Program-made: the position numbers and the translations under genes
Source of the DNA: Pseudomonadota bacterium
GTDB taxonomy: Bacteria; Desulfobacterota; Desulfobulbia; Desulfobulbales; JAGXFP01
Direction of reading: 5' to 3'
NCBI GenBank assembly: GCA_018814305.1
Contig: JAHJAA010000079.1
Coordinates: forward strand, 10,130-74,129
DNA length: 64,000 bases
Part shown: piece after piece, positions 54,672 through 63,363 of the stretch
Layout of the letters: each line of letters starts with the position of its first letter
How positions within the stretch are numbered: position 1 is the stretch's first letter
The notes under the pieces: model-generated
Databases searched by the model: none
The model's input: only the letters and a program-made list of their open reading frames with translations
Told to the model about the DNA's origin: nothing

Positions 54672-55136
54672 ATGAATGAAGCAGTGGGTCATCGCTGTGT
54701 CATTCTTCTTGTGGTTTTACTGGTGATTCTTTTGGTTGAACCCCACCGGGAAGAGCCTGTCTGGGAACAGCAGGGTGATACTCTTTCCTATCGATTGGAA
54801 GAGATGCGGTGGGAGACTGGTCAAGGTGAGGGAACTGGACGGTTTAGCCTGTCGTCTTATGAGGGTCGAGACGAGACTGATGGGCAAGGGCACCTTGGCT
54901 CAATGAATCCAAAGTTGGCAAGGTTCCTGTTTCAACCCATTGATGTCAATCAAGCGGATATTGGTCTCCTTTCTTCTTTAAGCGGGGTCGGACCGGTCCT
55001 GGCCGGAAGAATTATCGAGGCCAGGGAAAAAATGGGTGGTTTTGTTGCCCTGGAGGACCTGTTGTCTGTTTCAGGTGTTGGGCCCCGGAAAATGGCCGAC
55101 CTGAGGAGTGATCTTGCTGTTTTTCCGGGGAAATGA
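54672..55136 (+). CDS. comEA: ComEA-family helix-hairpin-helix DNA-binding protein
   Basis: TM anchor followed by IDVNQADIGLLSSLSGVGPVLAGRIIEAREKMGGFVALEDLLSVSGVGPRKM. Start uncertain (54630 or 54672). Confidence 0.75.
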   Translation: MNEAVGHRCVILLVVLLVILLVEPHREEPVWEQQGDTLSYRLEEMRWETGQGEGTGRFSLSSYEGRDETDGQGHLGSMNPKLARFLFQPIDVNQADIGLLSSLSGVGPVLAGRIIEAREKMGGFVALEDLLSVSGVGPRKMADLRSDLAVFPGK

Positions 55137-55181
55137 TCTGGTTGAAATTCTTTTAGGATTTCCCCAAGTGTTATTATTAGA

Positions 55182-56102
55182 TCAGTATTTTTGATACGGT
55201 GGCATATTGGTTCGTTTGGCCATTTCCCGGACTATATCAAAATCTCCGTCCTTGATGTCAACATAGCCCTGGACTAGGGCTCTATCCAAAACCTTGATGA
55301 CTTCGCCATTCATTTCCACCGTATCTTCCGGGGTGATGTCCAGAACCACTTCCTTGAACTTTCGCGCCAGGGCCTCGTCGGTTTTCTGGGGTACCCCGAA
55401 ATTACAGTAAGGAATCGGCTCATTTTTTCCAAGGATGACAAAATCCTCCATGTCCACACGATTGTCGGCATCCATGGTCTCAAGATCATCGATGGGTATT
55501 GAACCTGCGTCGAATTTTCCAAACATCACACCATAGATGACCTTTTCATGTTTGAAGGATCCACCGGGGATGGTGTACATGGCCAGGTCCTGTTCCGGAT
55601 CAATCCCGTTTTGAAGCATTACGTCAACTTGAGCCATAAAGCCGGTGGGAGCAAGCATTGGCCCGAAGATCATGGTTTTTCCTTTGAGATCGCTCACCTG
55701 ACTCATGCCACTATCTTTACGAGCTAGAATGATACCCTGGGATTTAAAACCCAGAGATCCCTTCTGTTCAGCGGCCAGAACGTCTACTCCGTGATATCGG
55801 TTTAAAATGATATAGAGTAGTGAGTTGGTATGGGTGAAGTCGAGTTGGTCAATCTCACGGGTAAAGTTAATGGTATCGATGGGGATTGTTTCGAATTTGA
55901 CCCCCATCTTGTCCCCAACATATTTGGAAAAAGGTATAAAACGTTGCATTGTCTCATGTTCGCTATTGCAAATCATATATCCTATTTTGTAGGTGGGAAT
56001 ATCCTTGGCTGATGTCTTGGCAACAGGGGCCTTATCTGAAGAGGCCTTGCAGGCGGCCAGGAGGAGGAGAATGACGATTGCAGTAATTATTTTTTTAACC
56101 AT
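55182..56102 (-). CDS. PhnD-family (phosphonate-type) periplasmic binding-fold lipoprotein; orphan, with no ABC partners nearby
   Basis: Lipobox LLLAAC. YKIGYMIC...FTHTNSLLYI...GKTMIFG...GF.A... follows the PhnD/periplasmic-binding pattern. Confidence 0.65.
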   Translation of the reverse strand: MVKKIITAIVILLLLAACKASSDKAPVAKTSAKDIPTYKIGYMICNSEHETMQRFIPFSKYVGDKMGVKFETIPIDTINFTREIDQLDFTHTNSLLYIILNRYHGVDVLAAEQKGSLGFKSQGIILARKDSGMSQVSDLKGKTMIFGPMLAPTGFMAQVDVMLQNGIDPEQDLAMYTIPGGSFKHEKVIYGVMFGKFDAGSIPIDDLETMDADNRVDMEDFVILGKNEPIPYCNFGVPQKTDEALARKFKEVVLDITPEDTVEMNGEVIKVLDRALVQGYVDIKDGDFDIVREMAKRTNMPPYQKY

Positions 56103-56115
56103 GAGCGGGGCATCC

Positions 56116-56652
56116 TTAATCGAGGGTCTTTTTGTCTTGTAAGCGGGAGAGCGCCTGTTCGATTTCTTGTTTCTGGCTTTTCTTGACCGCAGGTGTTGTC
56201 TGGCTTGTTTTCAGATTGTCCAGGGCGGTTTGTAAAGCGACCATTGCCTCTGGGGGGTTGTTAACCTTCTCAAGGACCAGGCCGAGATGAAAAAAGACCA
56301 TCGGGTCGGAAGGATTTATTGTGATTGCCGCCTGGAGTGTTGATAAAGCCTCATCATATTCTTTCTGGCGGGTCTTGATAATCCCAAGGGCGTCAAGACT
56401 GTTAAAATTATCAGGATCCTGCCGGAGAATGGTCCGGAATTCCTGCTCCGCTTCTTTGAGCTTATTCTGGCGGAGGAGCGCCATTCCAAGAAGAGAGCGG
56501 GTCTTGGTATCTTCCGGTTTGAATTCAAGGAGAATTCTGTATTCCATCTCGGCCACCGAATCAGGCATATTGCCTTTTTCGATATGGGCCGAAACCGGAT
56601 GAACCGTGGACAGAATCAGGAGCGTGGTGAAGCTCAGTAACAGCCACCGCAT
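56116..56652 (-). CDS. TPR-repeat protein with signal peptide
   Basis: MRWLLLSFTTLLILSTVHPVSA signal peptide, then 3-4 TPR units (e.g. LGMALLRQNKLKEAEQEFRTILRQDPDN). The start may instead be 56673 or 56715. Confidence 0.7.
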   Translation of the reverse strand: MRWLLLSFTTLLILSTVHPVSAHIEKGNMPDSVAEMEYRILLEFKPEDTKTRSLLGMALLRQNKLKEAEQEFRTILRQDPDNFNSLDALGIIKTRQKEYDEALSTLQAAITINPSDPMVFFHLGLVLEKVNNPPEAMVALQTALDNLKTSQTTPAVKKSQKQEIEQALSRLQDKKTLD

Positions 56653-56674
56653 ATGTAGAAGGAGAGCAACCATT

Positions 56675-57274
56675 TTAGATGAATTTGCGGTCCTTGAGGA
56701 AATCTTTGGCCACATTTCTGGCCTTGGAACCGGATTTCACCTGTTTCATCATTGCTGTATAGGCGGCATTGTCAATGGCCCCTGAGAGTTTATTCAGGAC
56801 TCTCGGTAGCAGGGGGAAGTTGGTTAATACATCACGGCGGATCAGGGGAGCACTGACCGTAGGATTGTCTTTGGCATTCCGGAAGCCGAAGGGATTTAAC
56901 CAGATGACATCGCGCTCTTTTTCATAGGTGTCCTTGGCCAGGGTGTACTCCTGGTCTGGATCGGCCAATCGGGATTGCCCCAAAATCTCCATGGCATCGG
57001 CGGTGTCTTCAATGATAATGTCTACCCGAGCCTCTTCATCATCGGCGCGAAAGGCTTGGTAGAGGAGGGTGTTGTCAGAGAAGAAACGGGTCTTGACGTT
57101 GGTGCCGGTTCGCTCATTGATCAAGATAACCAGCATTTCAGCCATGAGCTGTTCTTCGGTATTTTCAAGTGCCCCAATATAGAGGATTCGTCCGACGCAA
57201 GCGTTGGAAAAGGTCGTCCAGACCGCCAGCAATAAAGCGGCGGTAAGCCAGATTTTCATGTTTTTGTGACGCAT
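56675..57274 (-). CDS. short OpuAC-like (glycine-betaine-type) periplasmic binding-fold protein; orphan
   Basis: Signal peptide, then ILYIGALENTEEQLMAEMLVILINERTG...LYQAF...VDIIIEDT...VIWLNPFGFRN...ARNVAKDFLKD, which follows the OpuAC pattern. At 199 aa it is shorter than usual. Confidence 0.55.
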   Translation of the reverse strand: MRHKNMKIWLTAALLLAVWTTFSNACVGRILYIGALENTEEQLMAEMLVILINERTGTNVKTRFFSDNTLLYQAFRADDEEARVDIIIEDTADAMEILGQSRLADPDQEYTLAKDTYEKERDVIWLNPFGFRNAKDNPTVSAPLIRRDVLTNFPLLPRVLNKLSGAIDNAAYTAMMKQVKSGSKARNVAKDFLKDRKFI

Positions 57275-57416
57275 AAAGCACCTCTTGTGTTGTCTGAAAG
57301 CAGGCTCTCATAATGAGGCCGATAGTGTAAATGAACCGGAAGTGAGAACCTGGTCAGCAGGCTGATTCCCGGAAATATTCTTTGAATGATGAGTTCTCCT
57401 TCCGAGGCGGATTTAA

Positions 57417-58352
57417 TTACGACGAAAAAATGTCCAGCAATGAATGGTAAAGTGTATAGATACCGAGAAAGGTGATCAATAATGCACTGGCAATCCCGAG
57501 TTTACGGGCAAGGGCCAGGTTTTCGCCGATTTTTTGAGTCAATCGTCCCGCCTGTGACAGGACGACGCCGATGGTCATCATAACCAGGCCCAGGCCCAGG
57601 CTGAAAAACAAGGTCACTGTGAGACCCTGACCGATCCGGCCAGCGCCGATGGCGGCCAAAAGGGCGGCAATGGCCGGTGGACAGGGCACGATGCCTCCGG
57701 AAACTCCGAGCAGGGTGAGGCGCCATAAATTAAGGGTCCCGTCCGGGGCAAAGGCCTCCTCCGGTGAGTGGTGTTGGTGCCCATGGTTTGAATCGTGGTC
57801 GTGGTGGTCATTGTGCTCGGCGTGGGTATGGGGCGAGGGCGCATGATGGTGATCATCATGGCTGTGATTATGGGTGGCATGATCGTGATCGTGGACTTGA
57901 TCGGCGGGCCCATGGTCGTGATGCTCGTGGGTGTGGGTTGCAGGGCCATGATCGTGGTGGTCATGATCGTGAACGGAGGTCTCATTTCCATGGGCATGAT
58001 GCCCTTCGTCTTTACAAAAAAAGTGAAAATGGGTGTGGTTATGTCCACTGAGCCGTTCACGGAGCATCCATATACCCACTCCCAGAATCAGCAGCGAGGA
58101 AAAGAGACCCAACCAGGTATGCATCTGGTCGTCAGTAAAGGAACCGGCCAAAGCCTTGGCGATAAGCCCGAGCAGTATGACACTGAAGGTGTGGGTGAAA
58201 GTGACGATAAATCCAAGAATGATGCCGTCGATGGCACGCCCCCTGGTGCCAATCATATAGGCAGCAATGATTGATTTACCATGGCCTGGTTCAAAGGCAT
58301 GCAGCGCCCCCAGTGCTGTGGCTCCAAAGTACAGCATCAGATCGGATTCCAT
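57417..58352 (-). CDS. NicO/RcnA-like nickel/cobalt transporter with giant His-rich loop
   Basis: LHAFEPGHGKS signature in TM1 and 6 TM segments. The central loop has about 36 His in about 93 residues. ATG 58352 is 1 nt after the upstream TGA. Confidence 0.8.
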   Translation of the reverse strand: MESDLMLYFGATALGALHAFEPGHGKSIIAAYMIGTRGRAIDGIILGFIVTFTHTFSVILLGLIAKALAGSFTDDQMHTWLGLFSSLLILGVGIWMLRERLSGHNHTHFHFFCKDEGHHAHGNETSVHDHDHHDHGPATHTHEHHDHGPADQVHDHDHATHNHSHDDHHHAPSPHTHAEHNDHHDHDSNHGHQHHSPEEAFAPDGTLNLWRLTLLGVSGGIVPCPPAIAALLAAIGAGRIGQGLTVTLFFSLGLGLVMMTIGVVLSQAGRLTQKIGENLALARKLGIASALLITFLGIYTLYHSLLDIFSS

Positions 58353-58353
58353 A

Positions 58354-59832
58354 TCAGTTCTTCTCCTTGGCCGTGAAGGCTGGACAGCGCCGGTCACTGT
58401 TTTGCAGCGGACAGGTCGGTGAAAACACTCCCGCTAATTGCGAATGATCTCTTTGCCAGAGACGTGCCTTTGCGATCACCTGATCAGTGATCTGAGGGGC
58501 AATGCCGATGTGTCGGCTTGGGTCAATGGCCTCTTGAATTGATTCCTGGCTGAAATGTTGGTTTAAAATTTCATGGTCAACCAGAAGGTCGAGTAATGGC
58601 TTGCCGCTCTCCCGGGAGGCCATTGAGGCATCATAAAGAAGCTGATGGGCGGCCTGTTTGCCGATTTTATCCCCGAAAAGGAACATTAAGGCCTCGGTTG
58701 AGATGAGGCAAGCAGAGGCCGTTAGATTTCGGCGGATCCGGTCAGGGCGAACAACCAACCCCTGCAGGATGTTTTTCATGAGAGATAATGCCCCGCAGGT
58801 GTAGAGGGAGGCATCAACCAAGGCAGCCCATTCCAGTCGGACTGCCCGGTAATCCCGTTCATGTTCGTTGATCAGTCCCTCGAAGCCAAGAGATGTGCTG
58901 GCCTTAACTAATCGGGCCAATACCACGACCTGTTCACAGAGCTCCGGGTTTCGCTTATGGGGCATGGTCGTACTGCCAATTTTCCCCATATGAAAGGGTT
59001 CTTCAAGCTCACCCGTTTCATCCTTGGCCAACTGGCAGATCTCATTGGCTATTTTAGCCAGGGTTCCGGTCATCATGGCCATTAAGGATAAAAATTCAGC
59101 CCCCCTGTCGCGAGCGGTATGCCAGGCAGTGGTTGGTTGAATGAGGCCGAGGCGTGAAGAAAAAAGCGCCAGGAGCTCCAGTTCCCGGTCTCCGAAGGCC
59201 GCCATGGTGCCAACTCCGCCGAAGAGCTGGCTGGCCGGGACCCGGTTTTCACTTTCCTGAAGTCGCTCGGTATGCCGTAGGATTTCGTCGAGCCAGATGG
59301 CCATTTTGAGGCCCATGGTGGTGGGGAGTGCGTGTTGACCATGGGTTCGACCGATGATCACCAGATCTTTATGTTCTGCGGCAAGTCTGATCAGTTCCGA
59401 GATAATTTGGTCGAGATCTCTCTTGAAAATTTGAAAAATCTCTTTGAGTTCCATGGACTGGGCCGTGTCCTGGATATCCTGGGTGGTGGCGCCGTAATGG
59501 ATAAATCGTGAGGCCTCCGGGCCTGAAACCCGCTGCCATTCGTTGAGTAAGGGAATCAGAGAATGGCCGGTTTCAGCTATGCCTTGTTTGATGGCATCAC
59601 TATCAAGGCAATTTAAATTGGCGGTTTCTTCGAGACGGGCCGCAGCCTCTACCGGGATCATCCCAAGTTTCGCCTGGCTATTTGCCAGAGCAACCTCAAC
59701 ATCCAGCCAGCGCTGCAATCGGCGGAAGTCGCAGAACACCCGTCTCGCCTCGGCGGTGGTGTATCCCTGGCTGTAAAAATGGGAATCAGTTATGTGGCTG
59801 CTTGGGCTATGTGTACATTCCATAATCAACAC
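58354..59832 (-). CDS. fumarase/aspartase-superfamily lyase (adenylosuccinate lyase / 3-carboxymuconate cycloisomerase-like), paralogue B
   Basis: HYGATTQDIQDT, GRTHGQHALPTT and GSTTMPHKRNPE signature loops. The start may be ATG 59823. Confidence 0.8.
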   Translation of the reverse strand: MLIMECTHSPSSHITDSHFYSQGYTTAEARRVFCDFRRLQRWLDVEVALANSQAKLGMIPVEAAARLEETANLNCLDSDAIKQGIAETGHSLIPLLNEWQRVSGPEASRFIHYGATTQDIQDTAQSMELKEIFQIFKRDLDQIISELIRLAAEHKDLVIIGRTHGQHALPTTMGLKMAIWLDEILRHTERLQESENRVPASQLFGGVGTMAAFGDRELELLALFSSRLGLIQPTTAWHTARDRGAEFLSLMAMMTGTLAKIANEICQLAKDETGELEEPFHMGKIGSTTMPHKRNPELCEQVVVLARLVKASTSLGFEGLINEHERDYRAVRLEWAALVDASLYTCGALSLMKNILQGLVVRPDRIRRNLTASACLISTEALMFLFGDKIGKQAAHQLLYDASMASRESGKPLLDLLVDHEILNQHFSQESIQEAIDPSRHIGIAPQITDQVIAKARLWQRDHSQLAGVFSPTCPLQNSDRRCPAFTAKEKN

Positions 59833-61205
59833 AGTACTTCCGGGTCGGTTTCTCGTTGGCGACTGACCTCATCTAAGAGGTCTCTGATGATTTCCTTGAC
59901 CAGACCAAGATATTTTTCCGGATGGTCCAGAAAGGCCAGATCCTCTTTCCGAAGAAGGCTGGAGGTTTCCGAGTCTTGAAGAATTACATTTTTTAAGGAT
60001 TTTTCAGAGGTGACGGCCTGATCGATCAGGTGGTGCAGTTTTTCCTGGGCCCTCATTTTCCCCATGTCCGGACCGAGTCGGAAAAGCAACCATTCTGAAA
60101 GAACCATGTCGCCATACATTTTGAGGTTCTGAAGCATACGGTTTGGGCGAACCTCAAGATTTGACATAATCTCCTTACTATAATAACAGGCAGTGCCAGT
60201 GTAAATAGCGATTTGCGGAATGGCCAGCCATTCAGACCAGAGTGAACGGCCGTCCCGCTCATGTTCATGGACCATGGCTTCGATGACGGTGAGATTAAGG
60301 GCCCTGACTTGTCGGGCCATAACGGCAATCCGTTGGCTGATTACCGGATTCCTCTTATGGGGCATGGTGCTGCTACTGACCGCCCCGGTCGGGGCCGGTT
60401 CACATATTTCACCGGTTTCGGTTTTGCCCAGTTCAAAAACCTCATTGGCGATTTTTTCCAGGGTCGCGGTCACCAGGGCCATCCACGATGAAGTCTCGGC
60501 AATGATGTCTCGGGAGGTATGCCAGGTAATGGTAGCTGGTCGGAGGCCAAGTTTTTTTAAAGTGCGCTCGGCAACCTCTCTCCCCTGATCCCCCAAAGCG
60601 GCCATACTGCCGACCGCCCCGGAGAGTTGTCCGGTCAAGAGGCGGGGGACAATGTTTTTCAGTCGCTCAAGATGTCGGCGGATTTCACCCAGCCAAACTG
60701 AGCACTTAAATCCAAAGGTGATGGGAAGGGCCTGCTGTCCATGGGTTCGGGCGATCATCGGCGTGTCGGCATATCGGGAGGCAAGTGCGAAAACCGCATC
60801 CTCCAGTCCCCGGAGATCCCGATAAATAATCTTTAATGCATCACGGAGTTCCATGATCTGGCCGGTATCAAGAACGTCCTGGGTGGTGGCGCCGTAATGG
60901 ACATATTCGCCAGCGCCATTATCACAGGCCAGACGTAAGGACTTGATTAACGGCATTAAGGAATTGCGGCCGGTTCGATACGCTTCGGCCATGGCGGTAA
61001 AATCCATTGCGTCGATGGTTGCCCGGCGTTTGATTTCCTGGGCGGCCTCCGAGGGAATGATCCCAAGTTCTCCCTGGGTCTCGGCCAGTGCCGCTTCAAA
61101 GGCAAGCCACCTGGAAAATCTCTTTTTTTCGCTGAAAACGGCTTTTAAATCAGGGGTTGAAAAGATATCCGCCTGGATTTCAAAGTCAAAAGGGTGGGAG
61201 ACCAT
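59826..61205 (-). CDS. fumarase/aspartase-superfamily lyase (adenylosuccinate lyase-like), paralogue A
   Basis: HYGATTQDVLDT, ARTHGQQALPIT and SSSTMPHKRNPV signature loops. Roughly 40-50% identical to paralogue B by eye. Confidence 0.8.
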   Translation of the reverse strand: MVSHPFDFEIQADIFSTPDLKAVFSEKKRFSRWLAFEAALAETQGELGIIPSEAAQEIKRRATIDAMDFTAMAEAYRTGRNSLMPLIKSLRLACDNGAGEYVHYGATTQDVLDTGQIMELRDALKIIYRDLRGLEDAVFALASRYADTPMIARTHGQQALPITFGFKCSVWLGEIRRHLERLKNIVPRLLTGQLSGAVGSMAALGDQGREVAERTLKKLGLRPATITWHTSRDIIAETSSWMALVTATLEKIANEVFELGKTETGEICEPAPTGAVSSSTMPHKRNPVISQRIAVMARQVRALNLTVIEAMVHEHERDGRSLWSEWLAIPQIAIYTGTACYYSKEIMSNLEVRPNRMLQNLKMYGDMVLSEWLLFRLGPDMGKMRAQEKLHHLIDQAVTSEKSLKNVILQDSETSSLLRKEDLAFLDHPEKYLGLVKEIIRDLLDEVSRQRETDPEVLC

Positions 61206-61233
61206 GGTGTGTCCGTTTCCTGAGTTGGATCAA

Positions 61234-62409
61234 TTAAAAAGGGCGCCCATAAGGCCTGGTGCCCGGTTGGGGGCGGAAATTACCGCATAAACCGAGGGCG
61301 GCTTCGGTGGGGGAACTTTGATCGGCCCGGCTTTTCTCCATAACAGTCTGGACCATGAGCGTCATCCGGTCACGGACATGGTCCAGGACCTCTCGGGGGG
61401 AGGGATGTTCATCGGGGCCGTAGAGGCCTTCCATGGAAAGTGACCCACCGCAACCGGCTAGGAAATCGGGCAAAACGGGGATCCGGCGCTCAAAGAGGAT
61501 GTCGGCAGACGATTGAGGTACCGCGAGATTTGCCCCTGGAACCACTCCCTTGGCCGGCAGTTTTTCCGCCGCTTCTGGGGGAATGGTATTTTCCAGAGCT
61601 ACTGGAATCATTAAGTCACAGTCGATGTTCAGGATCTCATTTCTATCCCTCATAATGAGTTCTGTGGAGCCTGGGGGGGGAAGCAGGGTCGTCTGTTGAT
61701 CAAGGAGCCAGCTAATGGAGATTCCGTGGTCGGATGTCGTTGTATAGCATTTTTCCGCATCGGCGATGGCAACGATGCGTGCTCCGACCTCACGGAGACC
61801 GAAGAGCGCCGCCTTGGCCAAGGCCCCAAATCCTTGCATGGCAATTGTTGCCCCTTTCCGGGGAATGGCAAGATCATCCAGGAGGCCCAGGGCGGCGGCA
61901 GAAACCCCATATCCGGCCCGGAGTCGCCCCAGAGGAATACCCTGGATCTCTTCTGAAAGTACGCTGGAGCGTTTGAGGAAATAATCGTCATCCCAGCCTT
62001 GGGCTGCAGCGATGGACATCTTGACCGAAGGGAGCCCTATGGTGCGGGAGGCATTTTCCAGTTCGGTCATATCGATATTTAGATCTGGGCCCATGGAGTA
62101 GATTGTTTTGATATACGGGGCGATGGCGGCCATGAACCTCTGCACTGCTTGCTGTTTGCCGGGGGTGGTTGGGTCATAGCTAATGCCGCATTTGGCGCCG
62201 TCAACTCGGAGTCCGGCGATTCGCATTTTGCGGGTCATGTTTTTGGCCATCCGGATCAAGTGCTCCCGGGTCAATCCCGGTTGAACCCGCATACCTCCTG
62301 CACAAATTCGATGCTCAAGCCGGTCAATAACCAGCCACCCTTGAAAATTTTCAAAGTGGTCGTAGTAATCGATGATCAGGGCTGGTGGGGTCTCGTCAAG
62401 TTGGGTCAT
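61234..62409 (-). CDS. divergent Glu/Leu/Phe/Val-dehydrogenase-family protein
   Basis: The N-terminal catalytic-domain pattern GGMRV...VDGAKCGISYDP resembles the GG(G/A)KGG box. The Rossmann motif is IAMQGFGALAKAA. The first conserved Lys box (xKGG[IV]R) reads CAGGMRV instead. Confidence 0.7.
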   Translation of the reverse strand: MTQLDETPPALIIDYYDHFENFQGWLVIDRLEHRICAGGMRVQPGLTREHLIRMAKNMTRKMRIAGLRVDGAKCGISYDPTTPGKQQAVQRFMAAIAPYIKTIYSMGPDLNIDMTELENASRTIGLPSVKMSIAAAQGWDDDYFLKRSSVLSEEIQGIPLGRLRAGYGVSAAALGLLDDLAIPRKGATIAMQGFGALAKAALFGLREVGARIVAIADAEKCYTTTSDHGISISWLLDQQTTLLPPPGSTELIMRDRNEILNIDCDLMIPVALENTIPPEAAEKLPAKGVVPGANLAVPQSSADILFERRIPVLPDFLAGCGGSLSMEGLYGPDEHPSPREVLDHVRDRMTLMVQTVMEKSRADQSSPTEAALGLCGNFRPQPGTRPYGRPF

Positions 62410-63359
62410 GGGGTTATTCTCCGCACACCGGCTGTGGGAATGGAATGCTCAGCAAAGGGCTGGATGATTGCCGTCCCTAGTTCCGGGTCCCGGTGTTGAT
62501 CAAAAATAGTTGATTCAATTTCTGCCGGTACCGTAGAGCCCCAGAAATTACCGCTGACTTCGATATCCCAAAGTTGTTTGGTGCCAAGATTAAGATTATA
62601 CCATTGATTGTCGGTAAGGTCATTGTTGGTGATCCGCAACCTGCCGGTGTTCCATGGGCTGCCGCTTCGATCCGGTTCAAAAAAATCGGTAATATTCTGC
62701 CCGGAAGGGACCAGGAAAATCCCCAATCGGTTTTGGAAAATCTTATTGTAGTTGATCAGGACCGGTCCTTCCATTCGGGTAAAGCGGATTGCCACGTCAT
62801 TCTGGAAAAATTCATTATGTTCCAGATCAAGGTCGGCCCGGCCAAAGCGGATTCCTTCATGATTATTATGAAAAAGTGAGTCGGTCACGGTTGCGGTGGA
62901 GAATTGGACTTGCAGACCGCTGAAACCGTGCTGAAATTCGCAGTAGCGGATACGATTGAAGCTTCCCGAGGTAAAGAGTAAGAGATAGGACCAGTCCTTG
63001 GGGGCAGGGCTATTTTCGGCTGATGCGAATCGGATCATTTGTTCGGGACTTCCTTCAGCGAGAATCCGACCCAAGACCCGGATCTCCGAGTCGCCGATCC
63101 CGTCATGGTTTTCGTCAATTTTTTTAAAGCTGACCTGGGTCCCGGGGCTGATCGTTAGTGTTGTGGCTCGTCCGACCACAATGACCCCTTCAATGGTGAT
63201 GTCTCCGGCCCAAGTGGTGTCCTGGCGGAGGACCTGACTCTTGAGAAATTTGCCCTTGGCCAGTACAGGGGCAGGGTGAATGAAAAGCAGAATAAGCGTA
63301 AGCCAGAAGAGGCCGGTGGCTCGAAAACATTGGCGATGTTTCGCTAGAGGTATCAGCAT
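62406..63359 (-). CDS. secreted right-handed parallel beta-helix repeat protein (NosD-like fold)
   Basis: Signal peptide LFWLTLILLFIHPAPVLA. Repeated beta-helix rungs include FHNNHEGIRFG, FFQNDVAIRFT, IFQNRLGIFLV and ITNNDLTDNQWYNLNL. Its TGA overlaps the next ATG (ATGA 62406-62409). Start placed at ATG 63359. Confidence 0.65.
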   Translation of the reverse strand: MLIPLAKHRQCFRATGLFWLTLILLFIHPAPVLAKGKFLKSQVLRQDTTWAGDITIEGVIVVGRATTLTISPGTQVSFKKIDENHDGIGDSEIRVLGRILAEGSPEQMIRFASAENSPAPKDWSYLLLFTSGSFNRIRYCEFQHGFSGLQVQFSTATVTDSLFHNNHEGIRFGRADLDLEHNEFFQNDVAIRFTRMEGPVLINYNKIFQNRLGIFLVPSGQNITDFFEPDRSGSPWNTGRLRITNNDLTDNQWYNLNLGTKQLWDIEVSGNFWGSTVPAEIESTIFDQHRDPELGTAIIQPFAEHSIPTAGVRRITP

Positions 63360-63363
63360 CACC

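Noticed and set aside
57768-58046. CAT/GAC-rich DNA tract considered as a microsatellite or non-coding repeat
   Set aside because: It is in frame within the NicO/RcnA-like gene and encodes the His-rich loop, so it is a coding low-complexity region and not an independent repeat element.
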